Shown here piece by piece: positions 1 through 7,807 of a DNA stretch of 64,000 bases. Position 1 is the first letter of the stretch. The number at the start of each line of letters is the position of its first letter. A program made the translations under genes and the position numbers. Below the pieces are notes generated by a model, which was not told the DNA's origin, ran no database searches, and was given only the letters and a program-made list of their open reading frames with translations. The stretch is from Candidatus Zixiibacteriota bacterium (GTDB taxonomy: Bacteria > Zixibacteria > MSB-5A5 > GN15 > FEB-12), in NCBI GenBank assembly GCA_035380245.1, contig DAOSXA010000001.1, forward strand, positions 358,004-422,003, written 5' to 3'.

Positions 1-146
1 TTCTTGCGGTAGTCCGAAAAATCCGAATAGCCCGCGCCAATCCAGACTTGAGCAGTAGTTGTCGTCTCTTCTTCCGACTGCGCACCGACCAGCGGCGACA
101 GGCATAACAGAAGAGCGATGGTAATCAATATCAATGATTTTCTCAT
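1..146 (-). CDS. 5' part of a secreted protein gene running off the left edge; possible outer-membrane partner of the upstream decahaem cytochrome
   Basis: ATG at 146-144 with GGAG (156-153) 6 nt upstream. Translation is MRKSLILITIALLLCLSPLVGAQSEEETTTTAQVWIGAGYSDFSDYRK, a signal peptide plus mature start. Starts 10 nt after the cytochrome stop. Too short for the ORF track because it is truncated. Confidence 0.55.
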   Translation of the reverse strand, partial: MRKSLILITIALLLCLSPLVGAQSEEETTTTAQVWIGAGYSDFSDYRK

Positions 147-156
147 ACTCTTCTCC

Positions 157-1110
157 TTACCTGGTCAAAGTGTTGCCGCCGGTTGAGATGGCTTGCGACG
201 GAAGATCGCTGCCGTGGATCTCAGTGTGACATTGAGTGCATTTGGTGGTCATGCCGCGTTTGAAACTGTCGCGGTCGGACACACCCGCTCGTTCCGGAGC
301 CTGCGGTGTACTGAAAGCACCATCGGCGCTCTCCACGGTGGCATGGAAATGCATCGGATGGCAACTTATACACAGAGCCGGCTCGTTTTGTTTGAGCAGG
401 TTGTTGGCCACGGAACCGTGCGGCGTATGGCAGATCATACAATCTTCCATTACCGGAGCATGCTCGTACACGAACGGTCCTTCCTTGTCGGCATGACAAG
501 TGAAACACAATTCGCGCCTGGAGCCGTCCATGGTAAGCGCTACTTCCTCGCCGTGGACACCGTGGCAGTCCTTACAGGACAGCAGACCCGCACCGATCGG
601 GTGTTTCGAAGGCATGTGAGCTGCCGCCCGCACATTGCTGTGACAGGTATAGCATTTCTCCTCGGTCGGAAGTGCCGATTCCGCTGCCGGTTGGTGTACC
701 GTATGACAACCGGCACAGGTAATCCCGGCGTTTTTGTGCGCTGAGAAGGACCAGTCGTCAAAACGATGACCGCGATGACAGCTCAGACAGGTCTGACTGC
801 TTGACAGTTCGTCGCTCCGAGCCGGATTCATGATCAAATCCGGTTCTCCCCCGGACTCGACATGTTCCGTTCCGGAGCCATGACATGACTCGCATGTCCC
901 GCGCCAGGACTCCGCCTGACCCGAGAAATAGTGCCCGTGCGCAGTTGACGAAAACGCCTCAGCCACATCATCATGGCATTCGGCGCAGACATCGTCCGGC
1001 ACCGCCCAGGTCGCCGGTGCAACAAAAGCCGCAAAAGCGACCAGGGCGCAGACAATTAGGAGTAGTTTAAGCGGTGTTCCTCGTTGTCTGGCTGGTTCGA
1101 AACGATTCAT
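157..1110 (-). CDS. Periplasmic decahaem c-type cytochrome, MtrA/DmsE/PioA/MtoA-like
   Basis: 317 aa with a signal peptide. Ten CxxCH motifs counted: CAECH, CESCH, CLSCH, CAGCH, CYTCH, CKDCH, CFTCH, CMICH, CISCH, CTQCH. Size, haem count and the C-terminal CTQCHTEIHGS resemble the MtrA/DmsE family. GGAGG lies 4 nt upstream of the ATG. Confidence 0.88.
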   Translation of the reverse strand: MNRFEPARQRGTPLKLLLIVCALVAFAAFVAPATWAVPDDVCAECHDDVAEAFSSTAHGHYFSGQAESWRGTCESCHGSGTEHVESGGEPDLIMNPARSDELSSSQTCLSCHRGHRFDDWSFSAHKNAGITCAGCHTVHQPAAESALPTEEKCYTCHSNVRAAAHMPSKHPIGAGLLSCKDCHGVHGEEVALTMDGSRRELCFTCHADKEGPFVYEHAPVMEDCMICHTPHGSVANNLLKQNEPALCISCHPMHFHATVESADGAFSTPQAPERAGVSDRDSFKRGMTTKCTQCHTEIHGSDLPSQAISTGGNTLTR

Positions 1111-1124
1111 AATACCTCCAGATT

Positions 1125-1140
1125 GTTAGTAAACACTAAC
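1125..1140. promoter_or_regulatory. Perfect palindrome GTTAGT-N4-ACTAAC; candidate TetR operator in front of the cytochrome gene
   Basis: gttagtaaacactaac, with 6-bp arms. It sits 5 nt upstream of the cytochrome Shine-Dalgarno. The same arms recur at 1839-1854. Extra TTAGTA/ACTAAC half-site-like copies at 1186-1200 and 1219-1224. Confidence 0.5.
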
Positions 1141-1227
1141 TCACCGATTGCGCGTTCAATCGGCGTTGCTTGAACTCATCTCAATTAGTAATGATTAGTA
1201 GCCCCACTTCTTATCTTAACTAACCCG

Positions 1228-1818
1228 TTATGCTTTCAATCCCCTCACATAAATGGGGACGTTATTAGCGATAGCATCCGTGGGTTTGAGCTCTCGCCCC
1301 TGGTATCCCTTCCAGACCGTGCATCCCAACGCACAGTCAAAAACTCCCCCGATGAAACAACGCGCTGTGATCTCGTTGTCCTTCTTTATGATTAATCCCT
1401 CACTCAGTAACAAATCAAGTTGATTTTTCAGGAACTGCACGTAGGGACCGCGAATCATATTGAACACTTTCTTCGCCTCAGCGTGACCGGTCAGCGTGCA
1501 AAACAGCAACAGGCGACAAAGATCTTCATTCTCGCGAAAAACCGCGAGAATGTGTTCGGCTATAGTGGTCAGGAGTTTCTCGAGGTCTCTTTCATTCTTC
1601 AGGCATTCAAAAAGCTGATCCGTGTTCAAGCGATGTTGAATGGATTCCAGGACCGCTTCATACAACGATCCCTTGCTCTTGAAATGGCGGTACACAGCCG
1701 GTTCAGTAATACCACAGGAAGTAGCCAACTGCTTGACGGTTACCTTATCGTAACCATAGCGGCTAAACAGTTCAGTCGCTTTTTCGACTATTTGCGCCTT
1801 GCGTTCGGAAGCTTTCAG
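1228..1818 (-). CDS. TetR/AcrR-family transcriptional regulator
   Basis: The ORF track starts at an internal TTG (1728). The frame stays open up to a TGA at 1830-1828 and encodes a full TetR HTH (KAQIVEKATELFSRYGYDKVTVKQLATSCGITEPAVYRHFKSKGSLYEAV). No ATG/GTG/TTG lies upstream, so CTG 1818-1816 with GAGG 7 nt upstream is the most plausible start. Confidence 0.8.
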   Translation of the reverse strand: MKASERKAQIVEKATELFSRYGYDKVTVKQLATSCGITEPAVYRHFKSKGSLYEAVLESIQHRLNTDQLFECLKNERDLEKLLTTIAEHILAVFRENEDLCRLLLFCTLTGHAEAKKVFNMIRGPYVQFLKNQLDLLLSEGLIIKKDNEITARCFIGGVFDCALGCTVWKGYQGRELKPTDAIANNVPIYVRGLKA

Positions 1819-1838
1819 ATGTAAACCTCAATGCTTTA

Positions 1839-1854
1839 GTTAGTGCTTACTAAC
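1839..1854. promoter_or_regulatory. Second GTTAGT-N4-ACTAAC palindrome; candidate autoregulatory TetR operator
   Basis: gttagtgcttactaac. Arms are identical to the 1125-1140 site. It lies 9 nt upstream of the GAGG that precedes the proposed TetR start. Confidence 0.5.
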
Positions 1855-1931
1855 ATACCAATTTCACGAACTAAGTCAAGGCTATTTGGCCCGTTGCACC
1901 AACCGATTGGTTATTTGTACCTGGCTGTTAA

Positions 1932-1969
1932 GAAAAAAAGAGACTGCCAAACTATGCTCGGCAGCCTCT
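1932..1969 (-). terminator. Rho-independent terminator of gene 1999-4593
   Basis: On the minus strand, stem agaggctgcc / ggcagtctct (one mismatch) is followed by TTTTTTT (A-run 1932-1938 on plus). Confidence 0.7.
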
Positions 1970-1998
1970 TTGAAAGCTATATAATATAGATGCAACGT

Positions 1999-4593
1999 CT
2001 ACATTATTACAACCAGTTTACCAATCTGGGTGTCGCGTCCGGGGGCATCCACCGTCCAGTAATAAATCCCCGAAACTACCATCTGTGTGTTCCGCGTGAT
2101 CATATTCCAGCTTTCATGGGTATCAGCCCCACTGCCGGCAACTTCATCATGCTCGATTTCGCGGACCATGTCGCCGTCGAGTGTAAAAATCCTGATGGTG
2201 CACTTCGGCGGCAGATTGGCAAAATGTATTTCCCTGGTACGATCCGGCGGACGGTCGGTGTCGACGCGGCCTTCATAACCGCGATCGCGATAACCGGCAT
2301 CAATACGATAGGGATTCGGATAGACATACACTTCCAGATTCTGGTTCTGAACATTATCCCAGCTTGCGATCGGATAAACCAACTGAGCATTGTTGGATAC
2401 TGATGTTTCGAGTGATCCAAGGCCGGTTGCCGGAGAACCATAGTCGAAGGCGGTCACGTTGACATAATACTGAACCGTTGGCAACAGATCGTCGAGAACA
2501 TACTCATATTCATAGTATTTATAATAACCGTCGTCGGTAGTATCCGCAGCGTTAATTGAATCGAGGTTGGGTTCATCCTGGAAAGGATAGATTTTGTGAA
2601 TACCGGTGTTCACACCAAGAATTGACGCATTATAATCCTGGGGTTCGAATATGAACACTGACTCCGGATAATCCGGGTGTACGTACGGATGACTGCGAGT
2701 ATAATCGAGGGGATCGAACTCGGTGTCATTACAGGAACTGCCATAGAGACAACGCAATTGTTCAATAGTGAACGGAGTCTCCTTGAGTTCAAATCCCGGA
2801 TCCGATCCGGCTGCCACATAAACGAGTTTATTATAGTCCTCATGATCGTACGATTGCATCATGGAGAAGCTGGCGGCACGTTCATCCCGCGCCAGATAAA
2901 CGCGATAACCCTCGAAATCCATCTCCCGACTGAAGACGTCTCGCGTAGTCTCCGAATAGAAGCCATTCCAACGAATCCTTAGAGATCCTACATCGTCACG
3001 TTCAACCCAGAATTCCGGCGCCGGCGGCGGAGATGCCCCTCGGAAATCCGGAATACCGTCTCCTTCATACCAGAAAGTATCACAGACAGTCTCTTCCTGC
3101 CCGTTGATCGTTACGGTATTACAGCATTCATGCCACTTGCCGGAGAATGAGTCGCCGTCCGTGTCAACTCCGGGATTATCGTAGACCCAACTGGCCCAGC
3201 GTGAGTTGAGGGCAAGATCGCTGAAATCCAGATTCGCATAAAAGGCATCGGGATTGTACGGCAAGTTGTTAAGGGCATTGTTCTCGTCCTGATGAAGATC
3301 TTCACCTCCGACGTATGCAAACGAAAGCGGGAGAGTCTGCCCCGGATTGATATCGAACGGACCGAATGAAATAAGATAACGAGTGTCATATCCGTCGGCA
3401 AAATCATCCGCCAGATCCTGGTTGGGGTAAAGCCAGAGAGTATCATTTACCTGAATCGAGGCGGTGTAGACCTGGTCGTAGTCAAACTCGCGATTGCGCA
3501 TGACATAGTATTTTTCTTCATCACCGACCGGAGTACCGAGATTACCGTGACGGAAAGTTCGAAACGGCTCGGCCAGTCGACCGACATTGGCTTTCTCGCG
3601 AGGGCCGAAATCCAGTGCGGCCGAAGTATTACCGATCCACCAGTTGAAACTGACATCCAACGACTCAGCCGGGGTACGTACGATTCGTGTCGCTGTCACA
3701 TTAGGACAGGGCTGCTTCGTGTCGCTCCCTGCCGGCAGGTAGCTGAAGTCACCATCGTTGTCGGCAATGAAAGCGGCGAAAACCGTATCGAGAAAAGTGC
3801 AATTGCCGTATTCGGCCGGATACGTCTCCATGAAACCACATATATCGTCCTGTGCGCCGTCAGAGGTTCTCCCTTCAAAAGCGACATCGGCATCAACGTA
3901 AATACCCATGTACACATCCTGAAGGTTCGAGGTGCCGATATTGGTAATCTTATAATCGAACAGGACGAAATCTTCGGCATAAGCGTAAGACCAGGCGTAG
4001 GTCGCCTGAGTTATCTCGATATCGAGCGGCTGATGCGGCTTGCCGGCAACATCAGTAATCAATCCAACTAACAATGTATCGGAGTAGGTCGCAATATAGT
4101 CCTGTTCCGAGATAGCGCCATCATATTCAGGGGCATTGGGATCACGAATAGACCGATATATAATATCCCCAAAGGGAGATTCATCCGGGGCAAATTCAGA
4201 CTCGACTGAATTCCAGCCGTCGGCTCCTAGCGAAACGAGGGTATCGCGATCAACCACCGCCCCGATCCAGAACGCAGCACCGTAAAGATACGAGATTCTT
4301 GAACCTATAGGATACTCACACGACGCTACTTCTTCACCGGTAAAGCAGTCAACTGCCTGTCCTTCCGCGTACTTAATCCCGAACGTCCCGTTGTTGTTCA
4401 CTCCCAACTCGATTTTGCCGACATTGTGACCGACCAGGCAATAAGCCGGTAATGCGGCTAATCCTCCCGGTTCTTTGCTTTGCTCGGAAACACCCGGAGC
4501 AGTTCGGGGAAACGCAACTGTCGCCAACCCTACGACAATGGCCAAACTCCCTGCGCACTCTCTAAAATATCGACTCATTCTCATAAACCACAC
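1999..4593 (-). CDS. Large secreted protein of unknown function with T9SS-like (FlgD-Ig-like) C-terminal sorting domain; paralog 1
   Basis: 864 aa with a signal-like N-terminus. No catalytic motif recognised. Asp-rich NPGVDTDGD stretch. The C-terminal ~110 aa carry YPNPY...CTIRIFTLDGDMV...VSGIYYWTV...GKLVVIM. Colinear with 4746-7340. Confidence 0.85.
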   Translation of the reverse strand: MWFMRMSRYFRECAGSLAIVVGLATVAFPRTAPGVSEQSKEPGGLAALPAYCLVGHNVGKIELGVNNNGTFGIKYAEGQAVDCFTGEEVASCEYPIGSRISYLYGAAFWIGAVVDRDTLVSLGADGWNSVESEFAPDESPFGDIIYRSIRDPNAPEYDGAISEQDYIATYSDTLLVGLITDVAGKPHQPLDIEITQATYAWSYAYAEDFVLFDYKITNIGTSNLQDVYMGIYVDADVAFEGRTSDGAQDDICGFMETYPAEYGNCTFLDTVFAAFIADNDGDFSYLPAGSDTKQPCPNVTATRIVRTPAESLDVSFNWWIGNTSAALDFGPREKANVGRLAEPFRTFRHGNLGTPVGDEEKYYVMRNREFDYDQVYTASIQVNDTLWLYPNQDLADDFADGYDTRYLISFGPFDINPGQTLPLSFAYVGGEDLHQDENNALNNLPYNPDAFYANLDFSDLALNSRWASWVYDNPGVDTDGDSFSGKWHECCNTVTINGQEETVCDTFWYEGDGIPDFRGASPPPAPEFWVERDDVGSLRIRWNGFYSETTRDVFSREMDFEGYRVYLARDERAASFSMMQSYDHEDYNKLVYVAAGSDPGFELKETPFTIEQLRCLYGSSCNDTEFDPLDYTRSHPYVHPDYPESVFIFEPQDYNASILGVNTGIHKIYPFQDEPNLDSINAADTTDDGYYKYYEYEYVLDDLLPTVQYYVNVTAFDYGSPATGLGSLETSVSNNAQLVYPIASWDNVQNQNLEVYVYPNPYRIDAGYRDRGYEGRVDTDRPPDRTREIHFANLPPKCTIRIFTLDGDMVREIEHDEVAGSGADTHESWNMITRNTQMVVSGIYYWTVDAPGRDTQIGKLVVIM

Positions 4594-4694
4594 AACCTCG
4601 CTCTAACTTGGCATTTCATTGAAGACGTATAGTCGGCTCGATGTATGCAATATAGATGGGAAAAAACTCTTGTACACAGAGTGTCTCGAAGCTT

Positions 4695-4727
4695 AAAAAA
4701 GGCCGCTTCTTAAATGAGAAGCGGCCT
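4695..4727 (-). terminator. Rho-independent terminator of gene 4746-7340
   Basis: Stem aggccgcttct / agaagcggcct with a 6-nt loop, followed by TTTTTT on the minus strand (A-run 4695-4700). Confidence 0.8.
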
Positions 4728-4745
4728 ATTATAACCATATTCAGA

Positions 4746-7340
4746 TTACATAATCACAACCAGCTTGCCGATTTGAGTCTCACCGGTCGAAGACTCAACG
4801 GTCCAGTAGTAAATACCGGAAACGACCATCTGGGTGTTACGGGTAATCATGTTCCATGACTCATGTGTATCGGTACCGCTACCGGTATCTTCATTATGTT
4901 CCAATTCACGCACCAAGTCGCCGTCAAGTGTATAAATACGGATAGTGCACTTGGGCGGCAGATTCGCAAAATGGATTTCCCGGGTACGATCCGGCGGGCG
5001 GTCGGTATCGACACGTCCTTCGAAACCACGGTCACGATACCCGGCATCGAGTCGATATGGATTCGGGTATACGTAGACCTCGAGATCATGATTCTGCACA
5101 TCTTCCCAAGACGGCAACGGAAACACTTCCACCGTCCCGCTGGTGACCGATGTCTCCAGCGACGCCAGCCCTGATTCCGGTGAACCGTAATCGAAAGCTG
5201 TGACGTTCACATAATATGGCACGGTCGGGAGCAGATTTTCAATCGTATACTCATACTCGTAGTATTTGAAGTAGCCGTCATCAGTCAGGTAAACAGTATC
5301 ATTCTCAGGAATCTGATCGTTGAGAATCGAGTCAGGAGTCATACCTTCATCCGGCTTGGGAGCCTTCGGATATAACTTGCAAATATCGGTAGTGACCCCC
5401 AGCTCGGAAGCATTGTAGTCCTGCGGTTCAAAGATGAGCATAGAGTCACCCTTCGCATAAGGATGCGAAGTCGTGTAATCTAGAGGATTGAAGTTCTCAT
5501 CATCACAGCTCTCTCCATACCAACAACGCAGGCTGTCAATAATAAACGGTGCTTCATGAAGTTTGTATTCGCCATCTGATCTGTCATAGACCAGCTTGTT
5601 ATAGTTTTCCTGGTCGTAGGACTGCATCATACTATAACTTGCGGCTCTTTCATCACGGGACATATAAACGCGATACCCCTCAAAGTCCGCAATGCGGGAG
5701 AATACATCTTTCGTAGTCTCCGACAGCAAACCGTTCCAGCGAATGTGAATCGTGCTGATTTCCGGACGGGTCACCCAGAACTCCGGAGCCGGCGGCGGAG
5801 AAGCACCCCGGAAATCCGGTACGTTGTCGCCACGAATCCAAATCGTATCGATGACCGCTCCCGTCGAGTCGTATTTCAACAAAGAATCACCGAAATCACC
5901 ATCACCGTCAGTATCCACTCCCGGATTATCGTAAACCCAACTGGCCCAGCGCGCGTTTAGAGCCAGATCCGAGAAGTCCAGATTGGCATAAAATTGATCA
6001 GGATGATCAGGTAAATTCTGTGTAGCGTTACCCTCAACGGTGTGCAATCCTTCACCCGCCACATAGGCAAATGAAATTGGGAGCGTCTGTCCGGCACTAA
6101 TCTCAAATGGTCCAAATGACAGCAAATAACGGGTGTCGTAACCATCGGCGAAATCTGCCGCCAGATCCTGATTAGGATATTGCCAAAGAGTATCGTTGAT
6201 CTGGATAGAAGCCGTATAAATCTGATCGTAGTCAAATTCGCGATTCCGCAACTGGTAATACTTATTGGCATCGCCTTCAGGAGTACCTAAGCCACCAGTC
6301 CGGAAATCACGCCACTCCTCAGCCCAACGACCTTTTCCCGGTCGTTCACGTGGACCGAAATCCAGTGAGGGGTTTCCGTTGCCGATCCACCAGTTGAAAC
6401 TGACATCCAACGAGTCTGACGGCGTACGCACGATACGAGTAGCCGTCACATCAGGACAAGGCATCTTTTGACCGGCATCGTTGGTGTAATCGAAATCACC
6501 ATCGTTGTCGGCAATAAACGCAATAAACACTGTATCCAGATACTCAAGTCCTTCTTGCTCGGTTGGATAAGTCTCAAGGAAACCGCAGATATCATCTTGA
6601 GAACCTACAGCGTCACGTCCGTCGAAAGATACATCGGCATCGACATAAATACCCATGTACACATCGGACAGAAGATCAGTCCCGATATTCGAAATTTTGT
6701 AATCGAACAGTACAAAATCCTCAGCGTACGAATACGACCAGGCATAAGAGGCCTCGGTCACTTCGATATTCAACGGCATATGGGGCCGACCGAAGAAATC
6801 GTTGTCAACACCTTGTGTTAACGTATCCGTATAGACTGAGATGTAATCCTCTTCGGAGATAGCGTCTTCATAAGCATCCGATTCGGGATCAGTAATCGAT
6901 CGGTAGACCATATAGCCGAACGGCGGTTCATCCGGGTACATTTCGTTGGCGGTTTGCCAACCGTCTGCGCCAACCGACACCAACGTATCCCTACCGACTA
7001 CAGCACCAATCCAGAATGCGGCACCGAACAGATATGAAATCTGAGAGTTCTTGGGATACTCACATGAGGGGACTTCTTCTCCGGTGAAACAGTCGACCGC
7101 CTGACCGACCGTATACTGATTACCGAACGTCCCATTGTTGTTCACGCCCAGTTCGATCTTTCCAACACGGTGCCCTGCCAGACAGTGGGCAGGCGACAGA
7201 GACATGTAACCCAGATCGTTCCTGCGTTGATCCGCCTCGAGGCTCATTCGGCCGAACGCATCCGCGGCCAGAACCACTAACATCACTAAAGTGATCAGGA
7301 TCAGAGTTGTTTTACGATAAAGCATAATCCTCGCGCGCAT
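4746..7340 (-). CDS. Large secreted protein of unknown function with T9SS-like C-terminal sorting domain; paralog 2
   Basis: 864 aa with a signal peptide (LILITLVMLVVLAADAFG). Aligns end to end with 1999-4593. The C-terminal domain is nearly identical (YPNPYRLDAGYRDRGFEGRVDTDRPPDRTREIHFANLPPKCTIRIYTLDGD...GKLVVIM). Confidence 0.85.
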   Translation of the reverse strand: MRARIMLYRKTTLILITLVMLVVLAADAFGRMSLEADQRRNDLGYMSLSPAHCLAGHRVGKIELGVNNNGTFGNQYTVGQAVDCFTGEEVPSCEYPKNSQISYLFGAAFWIGAVVGRDTLVSVGADGWQTANEMYPDEPPFGYMVYRSITDPESDAYEDAISEEDYISVYTDTLTQGVDNDFFGRPHMPLNIEVTEASYAWSYSYAEDFVLFDYKISNIGTDLLSDVYMGIYVDADVSFDGRDAVGSQDDICGFLETYPTEQEGLEYLDTVFIAFIADNDGDFDYTNDAGQKMPCPDVTATRIVRTPSDSLDVSFNWWIGNGNPSLDFGPRERPGKGRWAEEWRDFRTGGLGTPEGDANKYYQLRNREFDYDQIYTASIQINDTLWQYPNQDLAADFADGYDTRYLLSFGPFEISAGQTLPISFAYVAGEGLHTVEGNATQNLPDHPDQFYANLDFSDLALNARWASWVYDNPGVDTDGDGDFGDSLLKYDSTGAVIDTIWIRGDNVPDFRGASPPPAPEFWVTRPEISTIHIRWNGLLSETTKDVFSRIADFEGYRVYMSRDERAASYSMMQSYDQENYNKLVYDRSDGEYKLHEAPFIIDSLRCWYGESCDDENFNPLDYTTSHPYAKGDSMLIFEPQDYNASELGVTTDICKLYPKAPKPDEGMTPDSILNDQIPENDTVYLTDDGYFKYYEYEYTIENLLPTVPYYVNVTAFDYGSPESGLASLETSVTSGTVEVFPLPSWEDVQNHDLEVYVYPNPYRLDAGYRDRGFEGRVDTDRPPDRTREIHFANLPPKCTIRIYTLDGDLVRELEHNEDTGSGTDTHESWNMITRNTQMVVSGIYYWTVESSTGETQIGKLVVIM

Positions 7341-7723
7341 TTATTAAATGTTCACTATTAGCAAGCCAGACGTGCCATCACGCCACACACCTCTTTAAGC
7401 AACCCAATATAAATATACAATTTCCACCCAAAATCAAGTCCCATTTGGGCAAAATGATGCGAACCACGGCCTCTCTGTATCGACATCCGCAGTTTCTCTT
7501 TTTTCCGAAAAATCCAACAGCTTCACACCTTAGACGAATCATTTTCAATACCTGTTCAAAGCAGGGTTGGCAAACTTAAAGATTCTTGTGGCCGCCCAAC
7601 TATCTTACTATATAACAACAACATAGAGGTAGGCAATTTCTTCCGCACCGTATTTCATCGGTGGTCATTGCGCCGGCTGAAGCTAATCCGGTAAGTGTCC
7701 GAGAGAGCAATCAGGATATCAGT

Positions 7724-7757
7724 ATCAAGCCCGAGAGACTTAACTCTCGGGCTTGAT
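7724..7757 (-). terminator. Terminator-like hairpin downstream of the deiminase-dockerin gene
   Basis: Perfect 14-bp stem atcaagcccgagag / ctctcgggcttgat with a 6-nt loop. No clear U-tract on either strand. Confidence 0.5.
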
Positions 7758-7807
7758 ATTATAGGAATTTCTGGATAGCGTGGTGAATCACACTCAAAAC
7801 AGCACCG

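Noticed and set aside
193-744. 183-aa plus-strand ORF and other short ORFs over the cytochrome gene
   Set aside because: They are antisense to an ORF with ten CxxCH motifs and a signal peptide, so the cytochrome reading is clearly the real one.
1091-1100. GGTTCGAA T-loop-like strings (also near 30650), checked as tRNA candidates
   Set aside because: Both lie inside coding regions, and no acceptor or anticodon stems can be built around them. I found no tRNA, rRNA, tmRNA, RNase P or SRP RNA signatures by eye, although a covariance-model scan would be needed to be sure.
1999-7340. Identical length (864 aa) of the two paralogs, considered as evidence of a very recent duplication or assembly artefact
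   Set aside because: The DNA differs at a large fraction of synonymous sites, and the proteins contain compensating indels (e.g. DGDSFSGKWHECCNTVTINGQEETVCDTFW versus DGDGDFGDSLLKYDSTGAVIDTIW). The duplication is therefore old and the equal length is coincidental.
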